From NCBI GenBank assembly GCA_965203905.1, contig CBDBDQ010000005.1, positions 7,552,001 through 7,616,000 on the forward strand: 64,000 nucleotides of DNA, written 5' to 3'. Under the pieces are notes generated by a model. The model ran no database searches. It worked only from the letters and a program-made list of their open reading frames with translations, and was not told where the DNA came from. The first letter of the stretch is position 1. Each line of letters starts with the position of its first letter. Made by a program: the position numbers and the translations under genes. This stretch comes from Spirochaetia bacterium (lineage in GTDB: Bacteria; Spirochaetota; Spirochaetia; SZUA-6; Bin103). Shown here piece by piece: positions 18,490 through 28,541 of this stretch.

Positions 18490-18632
18490 CGAGCATCGCT
18501 CACCGCGAGGTCAATGACTTCAGAGTCGGGTGCCTGTGCGTTCGACTCAGCCACTGCCACGACATCGTGTCCGGCATCCCGGAGAGCCCGGACCACCGCA
18601 TAGTCGCAGCTCTCGTCGGCCAGGAAGCGCAC
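18490..18632 (-). pseudogene. 3'-truncated DUF5615 (PIN-like) toxin
   Basis: MRFLADESCDYAVVRALRDAGHDV...DSEVIDLA...RLL, then cut. Confidence 0.78.
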
Positions 18633-18634
18633 TG

Positions 18635-18685
18635 CTATCGTGAGTGCTGTACGAAGATGGTCTCGTCGTTGGCGACCGTGTCACG
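18635..18685 (-). pseudogene. Possible C-terminal stub of a DUF433 antitoxin
   Basis: DTVANDETIFVQHSR* immediately upstream of the DUF5615 start. Confidence 0.35.
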
Positions 18686-18804
18686 CGTCCCACATTGCAA
18701 CGGAGACATGGTAGAGATTGCGCGCGTGAATCGTTGGCCGGACGTAGTCGTTGCGAATCGCCCTGAGCATCACCTCGTTCCAACGTCTGGCAACGGATTG
18801 CTCT

Positions 18805-19519
18805 TCGCCGCTGGGCACCGACCAGTTCGGCAGGGATCAGCTGAGCCGAGTGATACACGGGGCCCGCGTATCGATGCTGGTTGGCCTGGGCTCGAGCGTG
18901 CTGACGATCGTGGTCGCCATGAGCATCGGCCTGCTTTTCCGGATACTGGGGTGGCGCGTTCGATCTGATCGTGCAGCGTTTCGTGGACGCGTGGATCACG
19001 TTTCCGTGGCTGTTCATCGTGCTCACGGTGATGTCGATTCTGGGCCCAGGGCTGATTCAGGTGATAGTCGTGATCGGCCTCACGTCCGGCATTGGCAACA
19101 TCCGCACCGTTCGGAGCGTGGTGCTGAGCGTGAAGGAATCGATGTACGTGCAGTCCGCCCAGGCGATCGGTGCCAAGACCTTCAGAGTTCTGTGGCGGCA
19201 CATCGCGCCGGAGCTGGTCGCCCCAATGATTGTGCTGTTCACGGTGTCGATCGGGGGCAACATCATCGCCGAGTCCACGCTGAGCTTCCTGGGTTTCGGC
19301 ATCCCGCCACCGCAGCCCAGTTGGGGTGGCATGCTCAGCATCGAGGGCCGGCGGTACATGCTGCAGGCGCCCTGGCTGGCGTTCTGGCCCGGTGTGTGCC
19401 TGGCGATCGTCGTCTACGGCATCAACATGTTCGGCGATGCTCTGCGGGACCTGGTGGACCCGCGACTGCGCGGAGGCGCGGGACGCTTCGGTGGGCGACG
19501 ACGAGCGAAGCTGGTGTGA
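18805..19519 (+). pseudogene. 5'-truncated, frameshifted DppC-type permease
   Basis: PLGTDQFGRDQLSRVIHGAR; extra T near 18935; QRFVDAW...FGDALRDLVDPRLRG. Confidence 0.85.
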
Positions 19520-19571
19520 CCTGCCAGCGCCAGCTCGGTAGAAGACGCCCTCAGTCACAGGCTGAACGCGT

Positions 19572-20042
19572 TCAATTACATGGTTCTGCGACTGCGTCAC
19601 GCTCGTTGACGTAGCTGCGCGGCTCCTCGTTCCGCCAGATCGTCAGCGTGTGGCCACATCGGCGCCACCGGCGCGATTGCGGAGTCCCCGGCTGACCGTC
19701 CCCCGAAACGAACACGAGAATGAGCCGGTCGGTGCCCTCGAGCCGGTAGTGGCCGCGACCGAGCACCGTGGGCGGCCCTGGGACGGCGCTGTGACTGACG
19801 GTCCACTCGACGGTGGCCTCGCCGGTCTCCGGGTCGGCGAACGCCCACGTGAAGATGCTGCCGCCCGACGCGCGATGGAACCATTCGCCCGCGATGGCGG
19901 CCGGATCGGCGGCTGGATTGGACGCCTGCTCATCTGCAGACAGCGAGACCGGCCCGGCCACCGTCGAGAGCAGGAACGCGCCAGCAAGCACTGCCGCTAC
20001 CGCTCGTGGACGTTTGCTGCGCAACTGCTGATCGTGACTCAC
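19572..20042 (-). CDS. Hypothetical exported protein (start uncertain)
   Basis: Signal-like KRPRAVAAVLAGAFLLST..SLSA followed by IAGEW and a beta-rich domain. Confidence 0.55.
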   Translation of the reverse strand: MSHDQQLRSKRPRAVAAVLAGAFLLSTVAGPVSLSADEQASNPAADPAAIAGEWFHRASGGSIFTWAFADPETGEATVEWTVSHSAVPGPPTVLGRGHYRLEGTDRLILVFVSGDGQPGTPQSRRWRRCGHTLTIWRNEEPRSYVNERDAVAEPCN

Positions 20043-20092
20043 CGATGGCCTCTCACTACTCGATGATCCCCGTCCTGTGACCTTCCCCGCGT

Positions 20093-21480
20093 TCAATGTT
20101 GCCGTACCGCGATGGTGAGGGTGCGGTTGGTGGGCACCTGGTGGTAGGTGGAGGTGCTGCCGTCGGCCCAGTGCACCTGCAGCTCGTCCACCGCCGGCGC
20201 GGCGCCGAGACCGAAGTGGGGCGCAAGCTCGGACGGACCGAGGTAGCCGGCCGCGGCGCCGACGTAGCGCACCTGGCGAAGATCGCCGGCGCGCACGGCA
20301 ACCAGGCTGCCGATGCCGTCTGGCGCCAGATCCGCGCGCGCTGCCGTGTCCAGGAAGACGCGCAGCCAGCGCCCGCTGCCGTCGCTGCCCGGGTCGAGCT
20401 CGTTGCGCACCAACGTGGGCAGTTCCCCGTTGTTGAAGATGACCAAGTCCTGGTCGCCGTCATTGTCATAGTCGAGATGGACCACTCCCCGGCCCTGCCC
20501 GCGGTGGACGAGGCCCGCGTCGTCGGCGACGTCGGCGAAGGTCAGCTCAGACGCAACGGCGGTGAGGTTGCGGAACACCCTGGTCGCCTCGGCCTGCCAC
20601 TCGGGATCGTCCCGGCCGTTGTGCCCCTCCCAGCCGTTGGTCTGCACGAGGTCGAGCCAGCCGTCGTGGTCCAGATCGACTGCAACGGCACCCCATCCCC
20701 AGCCGCCCTCCTTGACCCCCGCGCTGGCGCCGACCGACTCGTAGCGATGGCCGCCCTAGTTGCGATACAGAAAGTTCCCGGTACCCGGCGCCTTCTCGAT
20801 CGCAAACCGCGTGCTCACCGAGGTGACGAACCAGTCGAGCCTGCCGTCGTTGTCGAGATCGGCTGCCGTTGCGCCCATGCCGTTGGCGTCCAGCCCGGTC
20901 TGCGACTGCGCGGTGATGTCGGTGAAGCCGCCACCACCATCGTTGCGGAGATAGCGGCTGGTGAAGTAGTCGCCGGCCCACAGCAGCTCGGGATAGCGGC
21001 CGCCGTCCATGTCGGCGAACAGCGGCATATACCCCATCGGGGCACGGTTGCCCCGGAATGGCAGCAGTGAGGTCACGTTCTCGAACGTCCCGTCGCCGTT
21101 GTTGCGGTAGAGGCGATGGTTGCCGGGCATGGTGAAGCGCTGGTCCACGGTGCCATAGCTGATGACGAAGATATCGAGCCAGCCATCGCTGTCCACGTCG
21201 CCGACGGCCGCGCCGTAGCCGTGATGCCGGGCCGCAATTCCGGCCTCGGCGGCGCGATCGGTGAACGTGCCGTCGCCGTCGTTCATGTACAGCCGGTCGG
21301 GCTCGGTGCCGCCGGACGGCACGAACAGGTCTTGCCAACCGTCGCGGTCGAAGTCGCCGACGGCGCCGCCGGCACTGGTCACGGAGTGCCCGTGGACGGT
21401 CGGGGTGTGCGGCCACCGAAGTCCGCTCCGGTCGGGACAGAGCGCCGGCTCGCTGACGCAGGTGGCCAGCACGATGGAGT
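20093..21480 (-). pseudogene. CRTAC1-like FG-GAP repeat / ASPIC-UnbV protein with an in-frame stop
   Basis: GDFDRDGWQDLFV, GDVDSDGWLDIFV, DLDNDGRLDW, DYDNDGDQDL, C-terminal HFGLG...VHWADG; TAG at 20756-20758 is in frame with both halves. Confidence 0.85.
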
Positions 21481-21499
21481 TGGGCACGGCGCCAACGTG

Positions 21500-22721
21500 G
21501 CCGGCGCGGTCTGTGGCTGAACCGCGTCGAGTCGCAGCGCCGTCCGCTGGGGGCCAAGCAGCGCCCCCACCAGCAGCACCGCGCAACCACCGAGCCGGCG
21601 ATGGCCCAGGTGCCGCCCGCGTAGACGGCGACGCCGCGCCGACCGAGTGCCTTGGCGAGCGCGAGGAAGGTAACCGGCCCCCCGGCGGCGGCGGCGAACA
21701 GCAGGGCTGCGGCCGGCGCCGTGCCGGCGCCGAGGATCAGCAGCAGCGCGACCAGCGGGATCTCGAACAGCAACGGCACGTTGATCAGCACACCGAGCGT
21801 CGACGCGATGAGGACCCCCAGCAGGCTGTCGCCGAGGTAGGCGGTAACGGTCTCGGGCTGCAGGGCCTGGATGGCCGCGCCGCTGGCGAAGCCGGCCACG
21901 ATCATCAGCGGCAACATGCGCCGCACCAGGCGGACGAACGAGCGCAGCCAGTGCGCGCCGCCGGTCCGCAGCACCTCACCCCAGGTCGCAATCTCCGCTG
22001 TCACTACCGGTACCGCGCACGCGACCTCGCCCCTCGCGCGGTGGTCGAGGCGCGCGCCGCGCCGGCGGACCGCCCACGCCACCAGGGGCCCCAGCGAGAA
22101 CGCGGCGACCAGCCCCAGAACGAGCCGGCTGGCACCGAGGAGGGAGTTGAACACCAGGGCGATCATCAGCAGCGACGGCACATTCAGGGTGGCCGATCCG
22201 TGCACCAGGGAGAGCGCGCCCTCGACTCCCATGCCGCCGCGCCGCAGCGTGCTGGAGACCGGCGCGATGCATGCCGAACAGAGGTTGAGCACGGGGCCGA
22301 GACCGATGCCCTTGAGGATGCGCTGCCAACGCCCGGGTCCAGCGGCGGAGGCTGCGAGCCCGGCACGTGCCGACAGGTCGGAGACCAGGAACGCCTCGGC
22401 AATGGCGGCGGCGGCAAACGCAAACAACATCCCGATCGCGACCAGTTGCAGGTAGGTCACGGAGAATCGCCACCAACGGGCGAAGAAGCCACTGCGTTCG
22501 CTGGCCCGGTCGGGGTCCTCGATGCAGAACCCTTGAAAACACTGGGCGGTGGGGGCGAGCGCGGCACGGAGGTCCTCGCGGACCGTATCCAGCTTGGGGA
22601 GCCGGTTCAGCGCCGCGAACGGCACCAGGATGGCGAGCAGCAGGACGACGCCTGCGACTCGGCGTTTGGCGGCGGCGCTGGCGAGCAACGGACGAGACGT
22701 GACCGCCGCAGTCTGCATCAC
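21500..22721 (-). CDS. DUF318/ArsP-like permease, frameshifted near its 3' end; possibly once fused to the FG-GAP protein
   Basis: Multi-TM; NLCSACIAP CxxC, CFQGFC, GVLINVPLLFEIPLV; frame change near 21590. Confidence 0.7.
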
Positions 22722-22871
22722 CGCAGCATGGTAGCACGGACGGCAAGTGTGCAGGCGGGTGCAGTCCCAGGCGGGATCGGTGGCAGCGAAATGGGTCGAG
22801 ACTGCGCGGCGCGGATGACGGTCTGCGGGATGTAGCGCCGTGCGCGATGCGCCGCTACCCGGCGGGCGGGG

Positions 22872-23657
22872 TCATGGGCGAGGCCACGCCTTGTCGCCGA
22901 CACCGGAGCCGCCGGCGGGCCTGAGGTAGGTGCCGGTCACGAAGTCCGACGCCGCGGAGGCAAGGAAGATACCGGCGCCGGCCAAGTCTTCGGGCTCGCC
23001 CAGGCGGCCGGCCGGCGTCTCGTCGATGATGTAGGCGGTGCGCTCGGTGTCCTTCCAGACCGGGTCGGTCATCTCGGTGCGGATCCAGCCGGGTGCAATG
23101 AGGTTCACCTGGATGTTGTCCCGCGCCCAGTCGAGCGCCATGGTGCGCGTCAGGTTCCACACGCCCGCCTTGCTGGCGGAGTAGGGCGCGTTTCCCGCTG
23201 CGCTCCGCAACGAGTAGCCGGAACCGACGTTGATGATCTTGCCGCCGCCGGCTTTCACCAGTTCCGGGTAGACGGCCTGGCAAAACAGGAACACGGCGGT
23301 CAGGTTGATGTCGATCACGCGCTGCCAGGTTTCGACCTGCACGGTGTGCGTCGGCTGGCCGCCGTGACCCACGCCGGCGTTGTTGACCAGGATGTTGATG
23401 CCGCCGAGCTCGCGCACCGTGGTGGCCACGGTCGCGGTGATGTCATCCTGTTGCAGCACGTCGCAGCGAAGACCGACGCAGCGCCGCCCCATCGCTTCCA
23501 CTTCGCCCACCACGGCCGCCGTCTTCTGCTCGTTGCGGGCCGCCACCACGATGTCTGCGCCGTGGTGCGCAAGCCCCAGGGCGATCGCCCGCCCGATGCC
23601 GCCATTGCCGCCGGTGACGATCGCCACCTTGCCCGTAAGGTCAAACAGGTCCTTCAC
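22872..23657 (-). CDS. Short-chain dehydrogenase/reductase
   Basis: TGGNGGIG, NNAG, YSASK, IAPGWIRT. Confidence 0.93.
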   Translation of the reverse strand: MKDLFDLTGKVAIVTGGNGGIGRAIALGLAHHGADIVVAARNEQKTAAVVGEVEAMGRRCVGLRCDVLQQDDITATVATTVRELGGINILVNNAGVGHGGQPTHTVQVETWQRVIDINLTAVFLFCQAVYPELVKAGGGKIINVGSGYSLRSAAGNAPYSASKAGVWNLTRTMALDWARDNIQVNLIAPGWIRTEMTDPVWKDTERTAYIIDETPAGRLGEPEDLAGAGIFLASAASDFVTGTYLRPAGGSGVGDKAWPRP

Positions 23658-23829
23658 GGGCAACACCCTGGCACGCGGCGCGCGCCGTGGCAAGAGGCGG
23701 ACAACCGAAGCGAGAAGCAGGACTGTCCCACGCTGCGTGACAAGCCGGCTGCAAATCGTTGCTCCCGTTGCCATCGGACCGACGTCCAGTCGCCGGACCG
23801 CCCAACTCGCACCCCGGCGAGCGCGCCGA

Positions 23830-25415
23830 TCACGTGGCCCCGTCCGGCGGCGGTCCGTACTCCCGATGCCGAAAGCGGTGGTGAGCAGAACAATGAAGCC
23901 TGAGGTTGCCCGGCTCAGCGCTGCCGCCGAGCGCGAAGGGAACGATGTGGTCGAGCTCCAGCAGGAAGCGCGACCCGCAGCGCCGCCCGCTGTGCGGATC
24001 GACGTAACTGCAGCAGCCACCGTCGCGGCGCCACACCTCGCGCCGCACCGGTGCCGAAATGTACCGGGATCGGCGCGCCCGGTGGGGCGGCTGCGCGCTG
24101 CCTGCGGAGGGGCCGGCTGGCGCCGGCTGCGGGCGCGACCGGCCATCGAGCTGCTCTCCTGCCCGCTGCGCGGCCCCTGTCCGCTTCGCTGGCGAAGGAG
24201 CGTGGCGACCGCGATCCGCCGCTGCCGTCGCGGTCGGCATGCTCTGGTCTGCCGGCGGCGTCGGTACGGAGGCGAGGGACCCACGATCTGCCACCAACTT
24301 CGCCGCCGAAGGAGCGGTGCCGGGCGCCGCCACCGCTGGCTTGGCACTCACCGGGGTGCTGCCGCCGCAAGTCTCGCGCCCCGACGGCGACGCGGACAGC
24401 ACTGCCACCGCCGAGGTGCCGGCGTCGCCATTCCCGCGCGCGCCTTCCTCTGCGGACAGCGCTGCCGGCGCCGGGGTGCTGCCACCGGCGACCGGGCTCT
24501 CCGGCGGCGGCGGCCCTCCGGGGTACTTTTGCGCGCCCCGCTTCGCCGGCGAAGCCGCCCCGTCTGGCGGCGCTTCCTGCGGCTTCGGCTCCGGCGCCTG
24601 GCCCGCGCTGGCCTCCCGGCTCCCACCTCTGCGCCCGCGCGGCGGTCGCCCCGGGTCGTAGCGCTGCAGCCCGTCCTGCACCAGCCGCTCCACCAGTTGC
24701 CCCAGCGTCAGGTGCGGGTCCACGTGCGACAGCAGTGCCTGTAGCTGCTCGATCCCGCACTGACAGGCAGCGTCGATCACTACCTTCAGCTCCCAGCGGC
24801 CCTCGCCCAGCGCCCGTATGCGATCGGCCGGCCGCGCCAGCTCGGGAGCCACCCCGGCCAACAACTGCTTCACCTCGCGGGTGCTCTTGCCGCTCGCCTG
24901 CGCCACCAGCTCCTGCCGCTGCGCCGCGTCCAGCGCCGGCACCGGTCGCGCTGGCGCCGCTGCCGCGGTTCCCGAAGCCCCAGGCCCCGGCGCCGGCCCT
25001 GTGGCGCCCGGCAGCAGCTCCGGTGTCGCGGGTGCCGCGCCGGGGTCCGCGGCGGTGGTCGCCGTGCGCTGCAGGAGATCGAAGGTGTTCTGCAACTGCG
25101 CCGCCGCGCTCAGGGTGAGCGAGCCGTCCTGCAGCCGCTCGCGGGTCCCGGCGGTATCGGAGCACAGGCGCATCGCCTTGATACGGCGCCACGCGGCGCC
25201 TTCGCTGTAGCCCAGCTCGCGCACCGCGTAGTCGAACAGGCTGGAGAACCCGAGGCGCAGGTGGAGGTGGCGGGCGTGGATCTCGCGCAGGTGGTCGAGG
25301 ACGGCGAGCTGCAGCGCCTGCTCGTGCAGGACGAGGGATCTGGTGTGCGCCAGCAGCACCTGGTCGGGGATCCCGGAGAGCGAGGCGGAGAAGCCGGTGG
25401 CGGTCGCGGAAGGCA
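23830..25415 (-). pseudogene. HNH endonuclease interrupted by IS66 (original ATG at 28015)
   Basis: GFSSLFDYAVRELGYSEGAAWRRI N-terminal domain; VRREVWRRDGGCC...C...ELDHIVPFALGG...NLRLHC..HH; removing the IS restores MPSATATGFSASL. Confidence 0.88.
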
Positions 25416-25428
25416 GTAAGTATTCGGT

Positions 25429-26325
25429 CTACAGGTTGGGGGGCGGATCAAGAGGAGCGCACAGTCGACGGCGGAAGTCGCGCCTGAGCGGGTAGAGCCA
25501 GATGTCTTTGGTGGGCAGCGTGTGCATTCGACGTACGTCGAGTTTGCCGCGTCCTTGGGTTTGTCCGACGTGGGTCCAGTTGGCGGCGCGGTAGCTGGTA
25601 CCGGCGAAGCGGTCGGACTGCACGAAGGTCTCCAGCAGCAGCGGTCGGTACCCATAACGCGCCTGCCAGTCGGCGGGCAGCCGGCGGCTGATGCGCGCCA
25701 GCACGGTGGAAGCGAGATTGCACACCTGCACCCAAGGCAGGATCAAGAAGCGGGCGTTGTTCACCACCAGGTGCAGCCGCGCTTCGCGCTGGGCAACGCT
25801 CCAGCCGATGAAGCGGTCGCGAGGAGCCGCCTTCCAGGCGCTGGCGCCAAAGCCGACCACCGCCAGCACCTGCCGCTGGCAGGTGACCAAGTAGCGCTGC
25901 TGCGCACCCGGTAGCGGCGTATAGCCAAGGTAGTGGTAGCGGTCCACGTACTCGCGCCATAGGAGCGCTTCGCGCTGATCGGCCAGCGGTCGTACCTGCA
26001 GCGCGGGCAGCTCATCGACGCGGGCGCTGATCGGCAGCTCCGGTTCCGCCTGCGCGGTACGACGGCGGCGCAGCGTGCCGTTGTAGTGACGCCGCCGCGG
26101 CGCCGGCAGCCGGATGAGCCCGTCGCGGTGCATGCGCAGCATCGCGACGCGACAGCTCATGTCCTTCAGTTGTCCGTTGGCACGCCGCCAGTGCAGCCGT
26201 TCGCACACCACCTTCGAGAGGGCGAACCGATGGCGGGTAGGGTCCTCAGCGATGAGCGCGCGGATCAACTGCAGCTCCTGCTCGCTGAAGGGCCGGCCGC
26301 AGTAGCGCACCGCCTCAGGCGGCAC
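25429..26325 (-). CDS. DUF4338 (Druantia DruA-like) protein
   Basis: RYCGRPF...WRRANGQLKDMSCR, RYHYLGY, RDRFIGW, VVNNARFLILPWV, PLLLETFV, GTSYRAANW..GQTQGRGK. Confidence 0.85.
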   Translation of the reverse strand: MPPEAVRYCGRPFSEQELQLIRALIAEDPTRHRFALSKVVCERLHWRRANGQLKDMSCRVAMLRMHRDGLIRLPAPRRRHYNGTLRRRRTAQAEPELPISARVDELPALQVRPLADQREALLWREYVDRYHYLGYTPLPGAQQRYLVTCQRQVLAVVGFGASAWKAAPRDRFIGWSVAQREARLHLVVNNARFLILPWVQVCNLASTVLARISRRLPADWQARYGYRPLLLETFVQSDRFAGTSYRAANWTHVGQTQGRGKLDVRRMHTLPTKDIWLYPLRRDFRRRLCAPLDPPPNL

Positions 26326-27940
26326 GGTCGTCGACCAGCTTGGCGGGTGAGCCGCGGGGCAGCAAGCGCGCCTCGGGACGGTGCCAGGGCAGGAACCGCT
26401 CGTAGTCTTCAGGCACGCGAGCGCCGGCGACCGCACAGGCGCTCAGGTACTCGGTCAGCCAAGTACGCGGGTTGATCTGCCATCGTTCGAGGGTGTGGAA
26501 CAGGCTGAACAGCGCCGCGCTCAACTCACCGCTCCACTGCGCCCCCGAGCCGTAGTAGTTCTTGCGCCCCACCACCGGGCCGCGCAGCGCACGCTCGGCT
26601 TGATTATTGTCCAGCGGCAAGTCGGGATCCTCGACGAACCGCGTCAGCCCCTGCCAGTGGTTGCGCATGCTGCGCAGCACCTTCGCACACGCTGCCGCCA
26701 GCTTCGGCTGCTGCGCCAGTTCGCGCTCTCGTCGCTCTTCCATCGCCTGCACCACCGCCCGCAACGCCGCATCGGCCGCCGCGTACTGCGCGGGCTCACC
26801 ACGCACCTCAAGACGCTCGTCGTTCAGGCGATACAGCGTAGCGATGTCAGCCAGCCACTGCTCGGCCCACTCCTGCTGATCGTCCCGCTCATGGGCTACC
26901 GTGATGAAGTCGCGGCGCATGTGCACCCAGCAGAACGACAACTCCAGCTCGGTATCCTTGGCCAGCCGCTTGTACGAGGAGAAGCGGTCGACGCTCACCA
27001 CGCCCCCCGTCACGGTCGCAAAATGCTGCTTCGGCACCCGCGCCGAACGGGTTGGATCGAGCGTGAATACCACCACCTCGGCACTCCAGAACAGCCACAG
27101 ACACCAGCGCTGGCAGGTGTCCTCGCTGGCCGCCTCGAACACCTGCCAGCTGGTCTCGTCAGCATGCCAGTGCTCGCTCGTGCGGCTGCGTTCGATCAGC
27201 GCCTCGCGCAGTGGCGCGAACAACGGCGCCAGACGCCGCAGACCGTCGGTGACGGTGCCTTGGGCAAGATCCAGCCCATGCGTGCGTAGATCCGCGAGCA
27301 ACCGATGCGTGGGCCGGTACAGCAGATACTTGTCGAGCAGCACCGTCACCCAGATCGAGATCCCCAGGATGCCGTTCGGGATCAGCCGTGGCGGCGCTGG
27401 CGCCGTGAGCACCGCCGCGGCCGCCGTGCACTGGCAGCTGCGGCGGTAGCGCCGCCGCTTGATCACCCGCCGGTAGGCGCGCACCTCGACTTCCAACTGC
27501 TCGGAATCCTCGCTGCCGTGCGAATGATACTCAGCGCCGCAGGCCGCGCAGCGGCGCCGGTCCGGGGCAACGTCGTGTGCTTCAACCTGTACCGGCAGGT
27601 GTGCGTGCCGGCGCCGACCATGGCTTGGCGCCCCGGGTTGCTGACCGCGGCGCCGCGGTGGCGCGGCGGTTGCCTCAGGAGCGCCGCCACTCCTGGTTCG
27701 CTTCTCGCTGCCGCGGCGCCGTGCCCAGCGTTCCCGCAGGCGCTGGCGCAGTTCCTTGAGCTTGGCCCGTGCCGCTTGCAGTTTCTGTTTCAGCCGTTGC
27801 TCGCGCGCTACCGCCTTGCCGTGCATCCTGCGGTAATAGCGCGCCTGTCGTCGCAGCTCTACTACCTCGCACCGCAACTCGTCCATCTGGCTCTGGCACG
27901 CCGCCGTGCAGCCACTCGTTTTCCGCCAGAACCCTCCCAC
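26315..27940 (-). CDS. IS66-family DDE transposase (TnpC)
   Basis: Coiled coil, GQQPGAPSHGR, CAACG zinc finger, HADETSW, SVDRFSSY, FCWVHMRRDF, DNNQAERALR...RKN..GS. Confidence 0.95.
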   Translation of the reverse strand: MGGFWRKTSGCTAACQSQMDELRCEVVELRRQARYYRRMHGKAVAREQRLKQKLQAARAKLKELRQRLRERWARRRGSEKRTRSGGAPEATAAPPRRRGQQPGAPSHGRRRHAHLPVQVEAHDVAPDRRRCAACGAEYHSHGSEDSEQLEVEVRAYRRVIKRRRYRRSCQCTAAAAVLTAPAPPRLIPNGILGISIWVTVLLDKYLLYRPTHRLLADLRTHGLDLAQGTVTDGLRRLAPLFAPLREALIERSRTSEHWHADETSWQVFEAASEDTCQRWCLWLFWSAEVVVFTLDPTRSARVPKQHFATVTGGVVSVDRFSSYKRLAKDTELELSFCWVHMRRDFITVAHERDDQQEWAEQWLADIATLYRLNDERLEVRGEPAQYAAADAALRAVVQAMEERRERELAQQPKLAAACAKVLRSMRNHWQGLTRFVEDPDLPLDNNQAERALRGPVVGRKNYYGSGAQWSGELSAALFSLFHTLERWQINPRTWLTEYLSACAVAGARVPEDYERFLPWHRPEARLLPRGSPAKLVDDRAA

Positions 27941-28506
27941 ACCTCATTCGTAGCACACCGGTCCGGATGTGTCCAGCGGTCCCACACCGGTAGACCGAAT
28001 GTTTACGGAAGGCATGGCGTAAATATAATCATAGCTGAGAACTGCCCGGTTTCTGCGAGTCCCGGACCGGCCCCGGGAGGGCTCAGGCCGGCGCTTGCGG
28101 GGTGCTGACGGGCTTGGAGGGCGTGGCAGGATGTTCGAAGGGTCGGAGGGGTCGGAACGTGCGGCAGGAGGCCACTACGAGCGGCGCCAAACCCGTCAAG
28201 TGCTCAGCGAACTTTTTTTTGGCACTATTCGCAGAATCCTGCACCGCGGCGCCGACGTGGCAGTAACCCATCGTGGAGACCGGCGATGCGGCGGGCGGCA
28301 ACCCGCTCATTTCTGGACACATCGTACAGCGAGCGAACCACGCACCCTGAAGGAGGCGATCTGGTAGGCGCCGGGGCCATCACCGCCGCTTGCCCACACG
28401 GGATTCGGACGTCGTTCAGCATGGGATGCTCCTGAAGCGAGAAGCGACCCGCACCAGCATCGCCTGACCGACGATCGGGCGGCTGGGCAGTCGCACCCCG
28501 CAAACA

Positions 28507-28535
28507 TTGACACGGTGGCGACCGCGTGCCAGATT
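28507..28535 (+). promoter_or_regulatory. sigma70-like promoter, probably leaderless
   Basis: TTGACA-17 bp-(TGc)CAGATT, 6 nt to ATG 28542. Confidence 0.6.
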
Positions 28536-28541
28536 CGGACG

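Larger units (their letters stand above)
25416..28006 (-). mobile_element. IS66-family insertion sequence (no tnpA/tnpB; ISBst12-like) with a passenger gene
   Basis: TIRs GTAAGTATTCGGTCTACAGG and GTAAACATTCGGTCTACCGG (17/20); 8-bp TSD GGAAGGCA at 25408-25415 and 28007-28014. Confidence 0.93.

Noticed and set aside
20756-20758. Pyrrolysine or selenocysteine read-through of in-frame stops (also TGA at 15487)
   Set aside because: Both genes carry other lesions, the positions are not evidently catalytic, and no recoding machinery is in the window
25429-26325. Complete Druantia defence system
   Set aside because: No DruE helicase or other dru genes; the gene lies inside IS66 ends
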